A stretch of DNA of 63,908 bases, the filler included, from Asterionella formosa (lineage: Eukaryota), in the NCBI GenBank assembly GCA_002256025.1. It is 17 parts of 17 records of this genome, joined end to end, with 100 filler letters (N's around TTAATTAATTAA, not from the genome) between each part and the next. Parts side by side here need not be neighbours in the genome. Positions count along the whole stretch, not along the records: positions 1 to 31,076 come from NKIB01000761.1; 16 more parts are not named here. One strand, 5' to 3'. Under the pieces are notes generated by a model. That model searched no databases. It saw only the letters and a program-made list of their open reading frames with translations, and had not been told where the DNA came from. The position numbers and the translations under genes were made by a program. Shown piece after piece: positions 1 through 12,365 of the stretch. Every line of letters starts with the position of its first letter. Within the stretch, counting starts at the first letter, position 1.

Positions 1-1406
1 GGCCTAATCAAAAGTCGCGCAGATCAATGCATCTACCAAGGTACAATCAATCAATGTCATGTCATCTTAGCCAGGTCCAGTGATGATATTTTGGTGGTAA
101 CCTTGTCACTGGATACATACAACCATACTGTTACTACTCTTGAATCTCACTGGAAGATACCCAATATGGGGCAGTCAAGTCTCTCATTTTTTGGTCTCAG
201 ATCCCTGTTTGTTTCCATTCGTACTATGACAATTCACCAAACTTATATGGTTCATGAAGTGCGTTCTTCAATATGTTTATTGTTCATCCTGGGATAAACA
301 AATTCTCTCGCAAACCAGCATCACCATACTCGCTCTCCAAGTGCATAAAACCATTCAACTTTAAGGTTTTGAATAGAGGACGTTGTTGGGGCAATTTCAA
401 CATCAATGCCAATGGACCAGGCTTGAGATAAAAACAGCTGTACAAAGTCTTGCTCAATATCAAAATGCTCCTGGATCAATGCATTTTGATGCATTACTAT
501 AAAGGTCACTATAAACTGCGAAATGCCTTCGGCAATATCCGGATATTCCACTTGCATTCAACAGAAATGTATATCGGGGTTGTTCCACTGTTTCGGTTTC
601 ACATATCAGTCAAGCTGCTCCATGGTTGGGTGAACCTACTGTCATCAGTGTTGAAGCTCACCAATTTGACAAAGATCATACTTTCTGGCATATGCCCCGT
701 ATTATGACTGGTCTGATCTCCACTTCATCAGTATCTGCGCCGCCTCATTATCATCCACGCTTCAAGAACAGAATTTTTTTTCTAATATCAGCAAAACTCT
801 TCTTGGAATAGCACCTACCAGCCACCAAAGGCTATGCAGGTGCCAACTTTGGAGGTGCCATATTTGACCGGTTAGCATATTCTGGTGGTGTCATTATGAC
901 TCATGATGCTGCAGTCATTAGTGCATTGTGCCGCAAACAAGACATTACAACAGCATACGATACTGCTGCAGCAGAACTTGATGCAGCCACCACCTTACCT
1001 AAACATCATGTTTTGTTCTACGCATTTACATGGAAGATATGTCATTTCCTTATCATGATGCTGTCGCTATTGGAGAAGACAATTTTTCCGCACGAATCAT
1101 TGCGCATGCAGGTAAATTACGTCATATCGCTAACAAAACGCAGGCTTTGCAAGAAAATGTCCATAATGGGAGAGCCCATTTTACCCAGGTCTTGTCTGCT
1201 GACAATTTAGCCAACCATTTCACCAAGGCGCTCCTGTATTCTATCCTTCGTGAACATTGCATGAATATGTTGGGATATCAATTAATCGATGCGGGTCATC
1301 GTGGTGTGCTCGCCCTGCTTGCGCGCCCTGCCACGTCAGTTCTTTGACAATTATTTTTTCTCCTCATTTTAGCTATCTCATTTTGTTATGATATGGCGGG
1401 GGGGGG
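1..1406 (+). mobile_element. Degenerate Ty1/Copia retrotransposon, 3' part (RT-RNase H) ending in a polypurine tract
   Basis: Fragmented ORFs carry Copia RT/RNase H motifs (TTAYDTAAAELDAAT, IGEDNFSA, SADNLANHFTKAL). G-rich PPT at ~1395-1406, just before an N gap. Homologous to the elements at 31406-33132 and 40650-41355. Confidence 0.85.
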
Positions 1407-1426
1407 NNNNNNNNNNCCCCCCGCCC

Positions 1427-1463
<37 letters not shown>

Positions 1464-3017
1464 TTGTCAATACCTAATCCGCTCTCCACGCTCCTTTTTC
1501 GTGTCCCCTTGGTTTGCACAAGTGCGATTATTAGTTAGCGTTAACATACTATAAAATTTTATTTCCAATCAAATCGACCCATTCACATCATGCATTGATG
1601 CCGGTGTCAGACGAGCTACCCTTTGGTACAACTGTCAGACAAGCCATCCTTTGGTACAACTTGCCATGACCTTTGACTGGTTCCAGCGGCACCACTTCTG
1701 CTTCTTCTCTAAGGTCCCTTTTCAAATCAAGGAGCCTTGTTGTGAGATCATCTGAGGACCATAGGTAGGAGGCGCATTGGTGCTGCTGATAGTGACAGCA
1801 ACAACCGGAAGCCAATCAACTGGCAACAAAACACCAAATGCACCTTACTGTATCCTGCTACTCAACCTGCAAGTCAACTACACAGTAGGGGTTAGGAGGC
1901 GCACCTCAGGCACAGCTCCCATTCCACCTGTAGCAAATGATTGATGTGGACAATTGATTTCACAATGGTACTTCCTATATAAGGTGCATACACTTTGTAT
2001 ATATATTTTTTTCTACAAACGAAATAGTAAGGTGGTCTTGACTGAAGTTGGTAAGTTTCAGATTTACTGGAGCTGTGTACAATCCACGGTTATCTTTGTG
2101 CCTTGTTTTCAAACAGCTCTAGTAGAAATAGCTCTAGTAGAAATTGCTGATTGGTGAACTGTATAAGGAAACCATCTTCCATTTGCTGAATTACCATTAA
2201 CGATGATCAGAACACAACTTGGATTGAATGAATGATAATTTAACATCATAGCAAGTTACTTAAGAGAATTTTGAATGGGAAGCCAGCCTATCTCGTCCAG
2301 TAGGCATGGCACGAATCATTGGGAGTGAGTCAACACTGAAAAAGGGCCCACAAAACTTGCGCTACCGGGCTTCCATGTGTTTTTCGCCGTGTCTTCCCTA
2401 TATATGTATGTTTAGGATTAATTAACAATTCGACCATCATTTCTTCCTTGAGTTTGAATTTGTACGACCACAAGACCACCTTTTGCGATGGTTATTCACG
2501 GTTGAAAACGGTGCATAATGGAGCACCAGGTAAAAGACACAAGTACTCCTCTCTGGTGCCAGGGACAAGGAGCCTGGTACTCCTATACATACATAAAAGT
2601 TAAGCCAGTTTTCATTCCTTTTGTGTGCATATGAGCTCTATGTACAACAAACGGTCTACCTGTCCTCTTATTCATTTTACGTACATAAATACTCACGATT
2701 TATCGATCGTTGAAGAATGCTTTTTTTTGGTTCGGGGTAACAGTTAAACATAAGAATTAGAAAGAGATGGTAGGGATAAGTATTCAACTTCTTCAGTCGT
2801 CGACATTTATTACATTTATGTTATTTTTATGATTACACACATATGCGAATGACCGATTCGAGAGGTAGAGTCATTGTGACACTTGTATCATTAGGGAGTA
2901 ATCACGAGCATATCAACACAACACGACCACCGTTCAGGATTCCGGTAGAATCGTTTTCCGACTCATCAAGGTCCATAATTTATTTCCAACTTCGCAGTAT
3001 TCGACGAATAGTCAACA

Positions 3018-4238
3018 ATGGTCGTCAAAAATAGAACCTCTCTCCAATCTGATCGGTTTGCACTTCCCCTAGTAAACGAACTCATGGAAACAAAGGAACA
3101 GAAACCTCTGGTTATGACGCAAACGCTCCCTTTACATGCTTCTACCCGCTTCGACGACACTGAGAAGTCACCACAAAGTTCATTCTGGCGACGATGGAGT
3201 AGTCAATCTATTCAAAACGAGCCTTGCTTACCCTCTTGGGCCAGCAACCCCCAATCTGGAGACATGACTTCTATGGTCATTCCTACCCTAAACTCTAAAG
3301 CAGCGCTGGTCTTCACTGCAAAGCGCCGAAAGACTGACATGTGGTCATTGTTAATGTTAGCATCCGTTGTGATCGGACTCATGACTTATTGGCATTTAAC
3401 TGTCTCTCTCGAAGCAATCCTCGGAGAAACGGAAGCAATGCTTTCTGTCCGCAATAGCATCAACATCAAGCTTCGATCTGCCGAGAAAGATGTACGCATG
3501 CTCTCAAGAGAGGTCCAGGCATCGGAAGCCATGATCAAGCGACGTAAGGATGAGTATGCTCAGATCTTTGCTCAAGAAGAATCTACAGCTCTTTTCCAAC
3601 GAAATGCTGTGGAGGCTGAACTCAACGCCATCCAACAGTCTATTCTGATAAACAATGAGCTGTCAGCAACGCTACGATCTAGTGTGCAGAGCGCAAGTGC
3701 TCGTGCTGTTTCCAAGAAATGGGCATCCAACAGCCGTCGTGTGGAAATCGAGCTTGAGTTCCCACATGGCTCTGGTGATGAACCAACAAATTTCATTGCC
3801 GAAATGGCGTCGCTTGACTTGATGCCCCACTCAGTCCATACATTTTTGGAAATGGTGGACAAGGGACTCTGGAATGGTTGCTCGTTCGTCATGAATGCAA
3901 TGCATGTCATTAAGGCTGCTCCTCTACCATATGATAGCAGTCCTGCAGCCGCAAAGGCTCGGGCATTCACAGACACTGGTCTCAATGGCCCAAGATTTAA
4001 GGAGTCCAGCGACCAATACCCTCACCTGAAGTATACACTTGGTTTTGCAGGAGGCCATAGCCCTAGTTGGTACATTAACACAGAGGACAACACTGAGATT
4101 CACGGCGGCGACCCTGCTTTTGCTCGCATCATTTATGGTTTCGACACTATTGCTCGGTTAGAAAACAGCGACACTACGAATGGTATCTGGTTCAAGGAAC
4201 GAATTGGCATCAAAAGCGCTAGAATAGTATCATTTTGA
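3018..4238 (+). CDS. Membrane-anchored coiled-coil protein with a C-terminal cyclophilin-like domain
   Basis: 406-aa uninterrupted ORF: hydrophobic TM segment (WSLLMLASVVIGLMTYW), then coiled coil, then cyclophilin-like motifs (MPHSVHTFLEMV, PHLKYTLGFAG, WYINTEDN, DPAFARII). Confidence 0.75.
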   Translation: MVVKNRTSLQSDRFALPLVNELMETKEQKPLVMTQTLPLHASTRFDDTEKSPQSSFWRRWSSQSIQNEPCLPSWASNPQSGDMTSMVIPTLNSKAALVFTAKRRKTDMWSLLMLASVVIGLMTYWHLTVSLEAILGETEAMLSVRNSINIKLRSAEKDVRMLSREVQASEAMIKRRKDEYAQIFAQEESTALFQRNAVEAELNAIQQSILINNELSATLRSSVQSASARAVSKKWASNSRRVEIELEFPHGSGDEPTNFIAEMASLDLMPHSVHTFLEMVDKGLWNGCSFVMNAMHVIKAAPLPYDSSPAAAKARAFTDTGLNGPRFKESSDQYPHLKYTLGFAGGHSPSWYINTEDNTEIHGGDPAFARIIYGFDTIARLENSDTTNGIWFKERIGIKSARIVSF

Positions 4239-4484
4239 GCCTACTTAGTCCCAAATTGCACCCATGTTATTGCTGCCAACTATCTAGGACCTCAGATAAA
4301 TTCGTGCACATTCGCTTTATAGCATTGCTTCAATGATTATTTTATTATGACTTCTGTTGAGGTGACAGTATAAGCTTCCGATTTCATAATCTTGAAGTTA
4401 ATTCCATTGGCGCATAAGTAGCAAGGTTATATCCAACCTAAGCGATAATCTAGAGTTTCATAAGCTGCCGGGAAAATACTTTAA

Positions 4485-5150
4485 GTGCGCCTAATGATCT
4501 GGACTATGGTGCAGGCAAACCCACCTCTCTTTTATGTCATGTACATTTATGATAACATGAGGAATGCTTGCAGACATATTGGCATTATTTCAAAACATTT
4601 CGTGCATTTTGGTCGATCGGCTAGTTCTGTTAAAGCAGAATTGGATGAACTTGATGGCAATACCATCAATGACCTTGGGAAGTGGAATGTGGATACTCGT
4701 CGTAATGTATATTCAGCTAAACTGCCCTTGAAAGCCATGCGTGTTATGGCTGGCCATCCAGATGAAAAGGAAGTGTTAAGCTACAAATTCTACCCGCCTT
4801 TGCTTTTCTTAATTCGCTCTTTTGTCTCCATGTCTTCATTCTGTTAGATGCAGCCACAAAGATTTTGAATGGTTGGGGTCAGTTTTTGTTCATATTGGAT
4901 GTGTTCAATTGTGAAGAGTTCAAACAAAGAATTTTTAAAGAATATGAGTCATCATCTGAATTTGGTTCAGTATCCAGTGGATCTAAGAATTGACTCTATT
5001 TTACCTGGTGTCAAAGATCAATTTGAAAATTGGGTGCATTCTGAAATGAGAGCAAACTTTTCACAGTTGAACAACAGAGTTGATGGCTAAGTTCTACCAC
5101 AACACATTAAAGCATCAGGCAATCAAGTTGAAGGCTGTTGCAAAGGCTGC
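4485..5150 (+). mobile_element. Degenerate Crypton-like (NDC10_II/tyrosine recombinase-type) DNA transposon fragment
   Basis: HFGRSASSVKAELDELDGNTINDLGKWNVDTRRNVYSAKLPLKAMRVMAGH matches my recollection of the Ndc10/Crypton YR C-terminal signature (HxxR...LGxW...Y...LP..MR.MAG). Broken by stops and frameshifts; boundaries approximate. Confidence 0.65.
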
Positions 5151-5982
5151 AGGCAAGGAAAACCTTGCTCTAATTGTCGTGACAACAGTAAAAAATTTCG
5201 AATTGGATGAAGATAATTAAGATGAATTAGAAGTAATGGGACTTTTTTAAATATGTAAAAGCTAATAGAGTGTAGAAAGAGATCCTCCAAATCCCACTCA
5301 GAAGCTTTGACAAATGCATGTTGTGCCATTTCTATCTTTGATTAGCATTTTCGCTAAAAGTCATTCACTAAAACATTTTGGTGGTCACAGTACTCAAAAA
5401 TCCTTCACTGTTGAACCTGCATTGTTGATAACATTATCGCATGGCAAGTCATTCTACAGTCATATACATTATTTTTAGGTTTTTTTCATTTGATACTATC
5501 TTTTGATGCTGTCCTTTTTCTCGCAAGAAATAATCTGGTTTTGTCCTTCAGCTAGTAAGTTCATGAGAGGAAATTTGCTTTATGCTCTGTTTTAATAACA
5601 AGATGGCATTGGAAGATAAGCAATACTGGATGTCTTTGCAGGAATTGGGAATGACAATGGATTCATTGATTAGTTTTTTGATCTGTTGCTTTGGTGTTGC
5701 CACTGATGCAATGCCATGCAATTTTCCGGCAGACAATACATTAACTACAGGCTTGTCTCACCCTCAACCGGTGGTCAATCAATTGAACCTATCCACTGAA
5801 AAAATCAAATGCCGAAATTTCACCAGAGAGAGAGCAGCTGACATCTCCAGACATTTCATTAACCCCCTAGAAATTGATTCCTTTACCTCCAAAGGTGGGG
5901 GTAAAATTCAATATTCACAAAGAAGTATCTTCTCTACCTAAGTTTGTACCATGGTACCAGGTACTGGTACCCTGGTACCAGG

Positions 5983-7394
5983 TGAGCGATCCTGCACATT
6001 GATACAGATATAGTTGCTAAGAAAATTTATAAGTATGCGTTATAGAGCCTCGACTATAGTGGAGTTTGTTGGGTCGCACTGTGGCCAAGAAGGCCAGGAT
6101 TGTAGATGTAGGACATTGGAGTCGGGCAAGGAGCCCATGTGGCTCTTAGAGTGTGGAGGAGAAATTGTTTGTAACAGTAATAGTTGTTAGTCAGGCAAGG
6201 AGCCCATGTGGCTCTTAGAGTATGGTGAATAAATTGATTGAACAGGAAGTAATGAGTGCTGAGGATAGAACTGACAGCATAAGTAGTCAAAACAGCTTTA
6301 AAGTAGGGCTTGAGAAACTTGAATAGATGTGTGATGTGTTGTATGCATTGGAAGAAAGAGAGAGAGAGAGATTGAAAAATAGATTGGAAGCAATGGAAGA
6401 TAAAATTGATAAGCGATCAATGATCAGAGGAATGAAAGGCTGCTGTCAAAATGAATTGATAGCTAAAGGAACTTTGGAAGTTTGTTCACATCACAGCTTA
6501 TTTGATTTGCTGGTAATCAAAATGATAGGGTAAAAACAGGGATGGAAGCATATAATTTCTGGAAGAGAGGTCTTGACAGTGCTGGGATCCTCGACTTGTT
6601 CTGAGGTGTCATTGAGTAAAATTGGACAAGTGGTGACAGGCTTTGGTAATAAACAAATGAGCAATACTTGATGAAATGATGAATCCAATGATAGATTAGG
6701 AGTTGAGACAAGAGGAGAAGCTTGGATTGCCAATTCAGTAGAGAGATTGGAGGAAAGTGAAATTCCTTCAGCCGCCTTTGGTACCCGAAGGCAGAGAGTG
6801 TGGGCCGCAGTAATAGAAAACGGTTTCTTGGAATTTCCGGAGGGTCTTGGGGTCTTCAAGGTGTCAATGAGAGGACTAGAAGTGGCAGAAAGGGACAGGA
6901 AGCTGGTGGAAGGAAGAGTAAACAGTCGTTTGACAAATGTGCTGTCAGAGGCGCGCAAAGTAGGCGAAAGTCATTTCCTCAGGAAGGAACAGGTGGATTT
7001 GACTAATTTTTGCTGTGGAGTGACCAGCAGGTCTAACAGTGAAAGTTGAGCTTGAAGAAGAGTGGAGGAGGGGTATGCAAAAGGAGCAGCGGCAGTGTCC
7101 AAAGAGGACTTGGTGACTGAGGAGGGTGTCAGCAGCAGCGCTACAGACTGCTGACATAGGCTAAGTACTAAGAAAAATAGAGGAAAGTCGGGATTGTAAC
7201 CCGGAAAGTTCAATGTTGCGATGTTGAAACTATCCATTGATATAGATATATATAGGGCTAGGGTTATGTCAAATATATCAGAACTTGACTAACACCTGTT
7301 GTATACTTTGATGTCAACTTGGGAAACAAGTTGTACAAAAGATTAATTAGCTCATATATTCAACAAATACTACTACTTCTAGTTAGATACTTCA
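5983..7394 (+). repeat. Gypsy 5' LTR, split by a 1222-bp insertion
   Basis: 5983-6012 plus 7235-7394 together match the 3' LTR at 12190-12365. Confidence 0.9.
6013..7234 (-). mobile_element. Non-autonomous non-LTR retroelement with a LINE-type 3' tail and ~16-bp TSD
   Basis: Flanked by CATTGATACAGATATA (5997-6012) and CATTGATATAGATATA (7235-7250). Its left ~90 bp match the LINE 3' UTR at 27785-27870. Confidence 0.8.
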
Positions 7395-10300
7395 CTTTGA
7401 ATTCAAAAAGAGTCCAATTAGAAGAAAACAAACATGGCAATGTATTCAAGGGTTCCTGTCATTCCTTTGATCAAAGATTACAATGTATTGACTATCAAGA
7501 CTAAAACATTCAGAGTTGCTTTAACTGGTGGAAGGTTTGAATCATTTGATCAAGATATAATCGATGGAAGCTTGGTGGAAGCATTGTTGATTGAAGTGAA
7601 TCAATTTCGTGACATGGCTAACACATGTGCCTTTAGCCCAGCAGATGACTTTTCCTACTTTAAAGGTGTTTGACTGACATTGCCTTATCAGATTGGTTGA
7701 ATGTGGAAGTACACCCAGAAGATCAATCCTACGATAGTTTCGATGAAGCAATGTCTTTGTGGTTAGACGATTGTTTACCAAATGAGAGTTTTCAACATCA
7801 ATGATAATGGATGCTATGTTACTTATCTAACCCCTTTTCTATGTTGGTAATGGATTTCGGAGCTCGTATTAAGGCTTTGAACAGGCTAATTCAACTAATG
7901 CCTCATCCAGAAGATCAAAACGGATTGTCAAAAGAAGATATGCAGATCATCATCATCCGATCTATGCCTGATGAGCAGTGGCAATAAGAGTTTGAATTGA
8001 ATCATGCTAAAACTTCAGACCAATCAATTTGCTCGGTTCTCGCTTACTTCGAGAATCATCAATCGTTCAAGGATCGAAACAAGCACCTTCCCAAGAACAG
8101 TTTTCAAACAATCACGCAAAATCGTCTTTGTATTGCTGAAGGCAATTGTGTGATGCGTCAAGAAAACGAGCGTGTCAGTCATCAATTCTACAACGATAAT
8201 TTTACTCCAAGTGGTCGTGGAAGAGCGCGTGCTATTGTCAATGCAGCCGGTCGCGCATGGGATTGTCAGGCAACTGTTCGTCATCAAGCTCTACAAGCAA
8301 GTCGTACGTACCATGATTATCGTGGCCCTTGCCCGGTACATCCTGAAGGTACACACACTTGGGGCAATTGTTTTCAAAACCCTCATACTCAAGGTGGGCG
8401 AGCAGGTTGCATGGCTGGTCATCATAAGGCAATGTACGTGGCCATTCCAGTTTCGGTAGACGAGGACATTTTGGTGGTCGTGGAGGCGATTCACACAGTA
8501 ATCCTACGGAAAGCTACCATACTGACACTGCTAACCCTGTGTCTGTTCCACATGTTTGTATATCAAAGACATGGGGTCGTAATACTCATCCATCCGGTTG
8601 GGATACCGTGCCACGTACCAATGCTACCGAGAATACATCGGCCCAGGAAATTTCAGTGGTCACGAACCCTCCTGCTAGTCAAATAGTGACTTTTGTCCCT
8701 ACTACACAACAGCAGATTGCTGATCGCCATTACCGAGGTATGTGCGATAATAGCGATGCTATTTATAATGACTCATTGAGTATATCTCACATTAGTCATC
8801 ACCTGGATAATATTGTTTATTTACAGGTTGAATACACTATGAATACCGCTGTTGCTGTAATGCGGGACATATATAAATGTATCGATGGACATGATGTTCC
8901 ACATACATATCAGGGCCCAATTCCGGTTTCCTGTTTTACTTCTAAGGATATATTAATGTCGATTGATTTGATTCCGATGTCTCTTTTAGCGCCACGATTG
9001 GTGGATGCTATGCCTATGCATAAAATACTACGAGTCTTATTTGATAGTGGAGGATCCTTATCCTTAATAGATGAACGGGTTATGCCTCAAGGTATTTCTT
9101 TGTCTAATGAGACTTCCCAATTAATACATACCATAGCTGGTACTTATTCATCTCATGCCAGTGTTATTTTATATGACCTGATTCTACCTGAATTTAATCG
9201 ATCTGCTCGTGTTTTATAACAAAAGTGTCAAGTTTTTAATGGTCTATGCACATTTGATGCTATTTTAGGACGTGATTTCATTTGGCAAGTTGGTTTAACC
9301 ATTGATTTCGTAAATAACACCATGTCCTGTATGGATATAACTGTTCCTAGCTATGCATTCTCTCACATTCTTTGATGATGCAGAACGTTTACGTGATGTA
9401 TTATTATATTTTGATGCACTTATGTTTATGGAACCTTCATATGAGCTGGAAATTAAAGCTTCTGAATATAAATATGTGAATATTGATACAGTGGTGGATA
9501 AACAGATGCATTTAACAACAATACAACGATCATGTTTACGAACTATATTGGTTAAAAATCAAACATTATTTGATGGAAAATTAAAAGTTTATCCTCATAA
9601 GCAAGTACATTTGGAATTATTATCAAATGCCATCCCTCGTCATCAACGAGCGTATCCTGTCGCTCATATTCATTTAGAAGTTTTCAAAACCGAATTACAA
9701 CGGTTGTGTGACATTGGAGTCCTACAAAAATGCGGTGCTTCTAAATGGGCGTCGCCTACTTTTATTATTCCTAAAAAGGATGGAAGTGTCCGATGGTTAT
9801 CAGATTTTCGTGAACTCCATAAAGTCATCAATCGCAATATATATCATTTGTCATCAATCGCAATATATATCATTTGCCTCGAATAAAAACTATTCTCACT
9901 AAATGTTCTGGATATCTATTCTTCACCAAATTGGATGTTTCTATGCAATACTATACTTTCGCATTAGATGTCAAGAAACAAAATTTATGCGTTATTTCCA
10001 CTCCATTTGGTATACATAAATATTTGCGTCTCCCTATGGGGGTGAAAGAATCATCCGATATAGCACAAGAAACAATGGAACAGATTCTTAGTGATTTAGA
10101 TGATGTGGAAATTTATATCGATGATGTGGTTTGTTTTCAATGAATTTTCCGGATCATATTCATTTATTGGACACTATTTTACATCGTTTACAGGCAAATG
10201 GTTGTACAATTAATCCATCTAAGTGTGAATGGGCAGTCCAAGAGACAGATTGGTTAGGCTATTGGTTAACTCCTAATGGACTGAAACCTTGGTCTAAAAA

Positions 10301-12189
10301 GGTCCAAGCATTGATTATTATGTCTTCACCTACCAATCTTAAACAAGTGAGATCATTTCTTGGTGCTGTTACATACTATCGAGACATGTTTCCTAGACGA
10401 TCTCATGTTCTTGGACCACTTACAGATTTAATTCGAAGTAGTCCATTTGTCTGGTAACCTATACATCAACAAGCTTTTGAAGAAATGAAAACGTTGCTGA
10501 TTGCAGATACGCTCATGCGTTATCCTGATCATAATCTTCCTTTTCATATCTTAACTGATGCCTCTGATTATCAGTTAGGGTCGGTCATTATGCAAAATGA
10601 TCTCCCAGTTGCTTATTATTCTCGCAAATTATCCGCTGCTCAAAATAATTATACTACTATTGAAAAAGAATTACTTTCTGTGGTAGAAACTTTCAAAGAA
10701 TTTCTACATGTTCACACTGATCATCGAAATCTTATTTATAATACTTTACATACTCAACATGTTCTACAGTGGAGACTTTATTTTGAAGAATATCATCCTA
10801 ATTTTCATTATGTGAAAGGGACTGACAATGCTATTGCAGATTCCATCTCTCGCCTCCCGAGGCTTGAGTCTTTGGTGGGGGATGATATTGGACCGAAATC
10901 TCCACCATCAACATCCATTTCTACCTTTTCAATTGAATTAGATGATGAACCTTTGCTTACCTGTTTCCTTAATCATCCAATATTGACAGACAATATTCAG
11001 TATCCTCTGGACTATAATTTAATACATGAAAGACAAGAATTGATTGATATACAATTGATTCTCAATCAACAAACGCATCCGTTAAAATTTCCCTCTATCA
11101 ATTTTCATGACATATTTTTAATATGTTTTGTGAAGAATCCAGGAGATACTTGGCGTATTGCTATTCCTACATCATTATTGGATCCTATTATTAATTGGTA
11201 TCATCAGATGCTAGCTCATGTGGGCATGACAAGAGTAAATGCTACAATTGCTACACATTTTTATCACCCTACATTAAAAGCATGAGTGGAACATATTGTA
11301 AGCATATGTGAAGCATGTCAACGTACAAAATTACCTGGTGCTGGTTTTGGTGAACTTCCACCCAGGAATGCATTGCTATTACCATGGTCAGAAGTTGCAG
11401 TAGATTTAATTGGTCCATGGAAGATAACAGTGACTACTCAAGCAATTGAGTTTCGTGCTCTAACTTGTATTGATACGGTCACCAATTTGGCAGAAATTTC
11501 ATGTATCAATAACAAAACATCAGAATATATTGCAATGAAATTTGAAAATGATTGGTTAGTCAGATATCCCCATCCAGAACGTTGTATACATGACAATGGA
11601 GGTGCTGGTGTTCCTTTCTTACACATATTAGTGTTGAATGGAATTAAAGATGTGACTACTACAGTCAAGAATCCACAAGCAAATGCTATCTGTGAACGTT
11701 TACATCAATCTATCAGTAATAGTCTAGGAGTTATGTTAAAGGCTCATCCTCCAATGAATGAATTTCAAGCCCAAAATATTGTGGATACGTGTTTTGCAAC
11801 TGCATCATATGCAGCTCAAACTACTATTCATAGTATATTACATATTTCACCAGGCGCATGGGTTTTTCAATGTGATATGATATTAAATATTCCTTTGATT
11901 ACAGATTTACAATTATAAATCAAAGTCGACAGGTTATAATCAACAAACGCTTACGTCGTGTTAATTTCCATTGTCAATCTTATGATTACAAAGTGGGTGA
12001 TGAGATTTCAATACTTTTGGATAATCCTGCTACTTTGGATGATCATGGACGAGGTCCTTATTCTATTATTCAAGTGCATGCCAATGGTACAGTTACTTTT
12101 CAACACACTATGCATATTACAGAACAAATTAATATTTGTTTTATCAAACCTTTTCATAGGTAAAAGGATTTCCCTCAAGTGTGGGACAG

Positions 12190-12365
12190 TGAGTGATCCT
12201 GCACATTGATACAGATATATATATAGGGTTAGGGTTATATCAAATATATCAGAACTCAACTAACACCTGTTGTATACTTTGATGTCAACTTGGGAAACAA
12301 GTTGTACAAAAGATTAATTAGCTCATATATTCAACAAATACTTCTACTTCTAGTTAGATACTTCA
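12190..12365 (+). repeat. Gypsy 3' LTR (176 bp)
   Basis: TGAGTGATCC...GATACTTCA, near-identical to the reconstructed 5' LTR. Confidence 0.93.

Larger units (their letters stand above)
5983..12365 (+). mobile_element. Full-length degenerate Ty3/Gypsy LTR retrotransposon with 5-bp TSD CCAGG
   Basis: TG...CA LTRs at 5983-7394 (interrupted) and 12190-12365. CCAGG at 5978-5982 and 12366-12370. Internal order: gag (CPVHPEGTHTWGNC), protease (LFDSGGS), RT (YIDD), RNase H (TDASDY), integrase (HHCC, DxxG, DNG..E). Many stops and frameshifts. Confidence 0.95.

Noticed and set aside
1396..1463. Poly-G/poly-C tract as a G-quadruplex
   Set aside because: Borders an N gap; a Copia PPT plus low-quality sequence.
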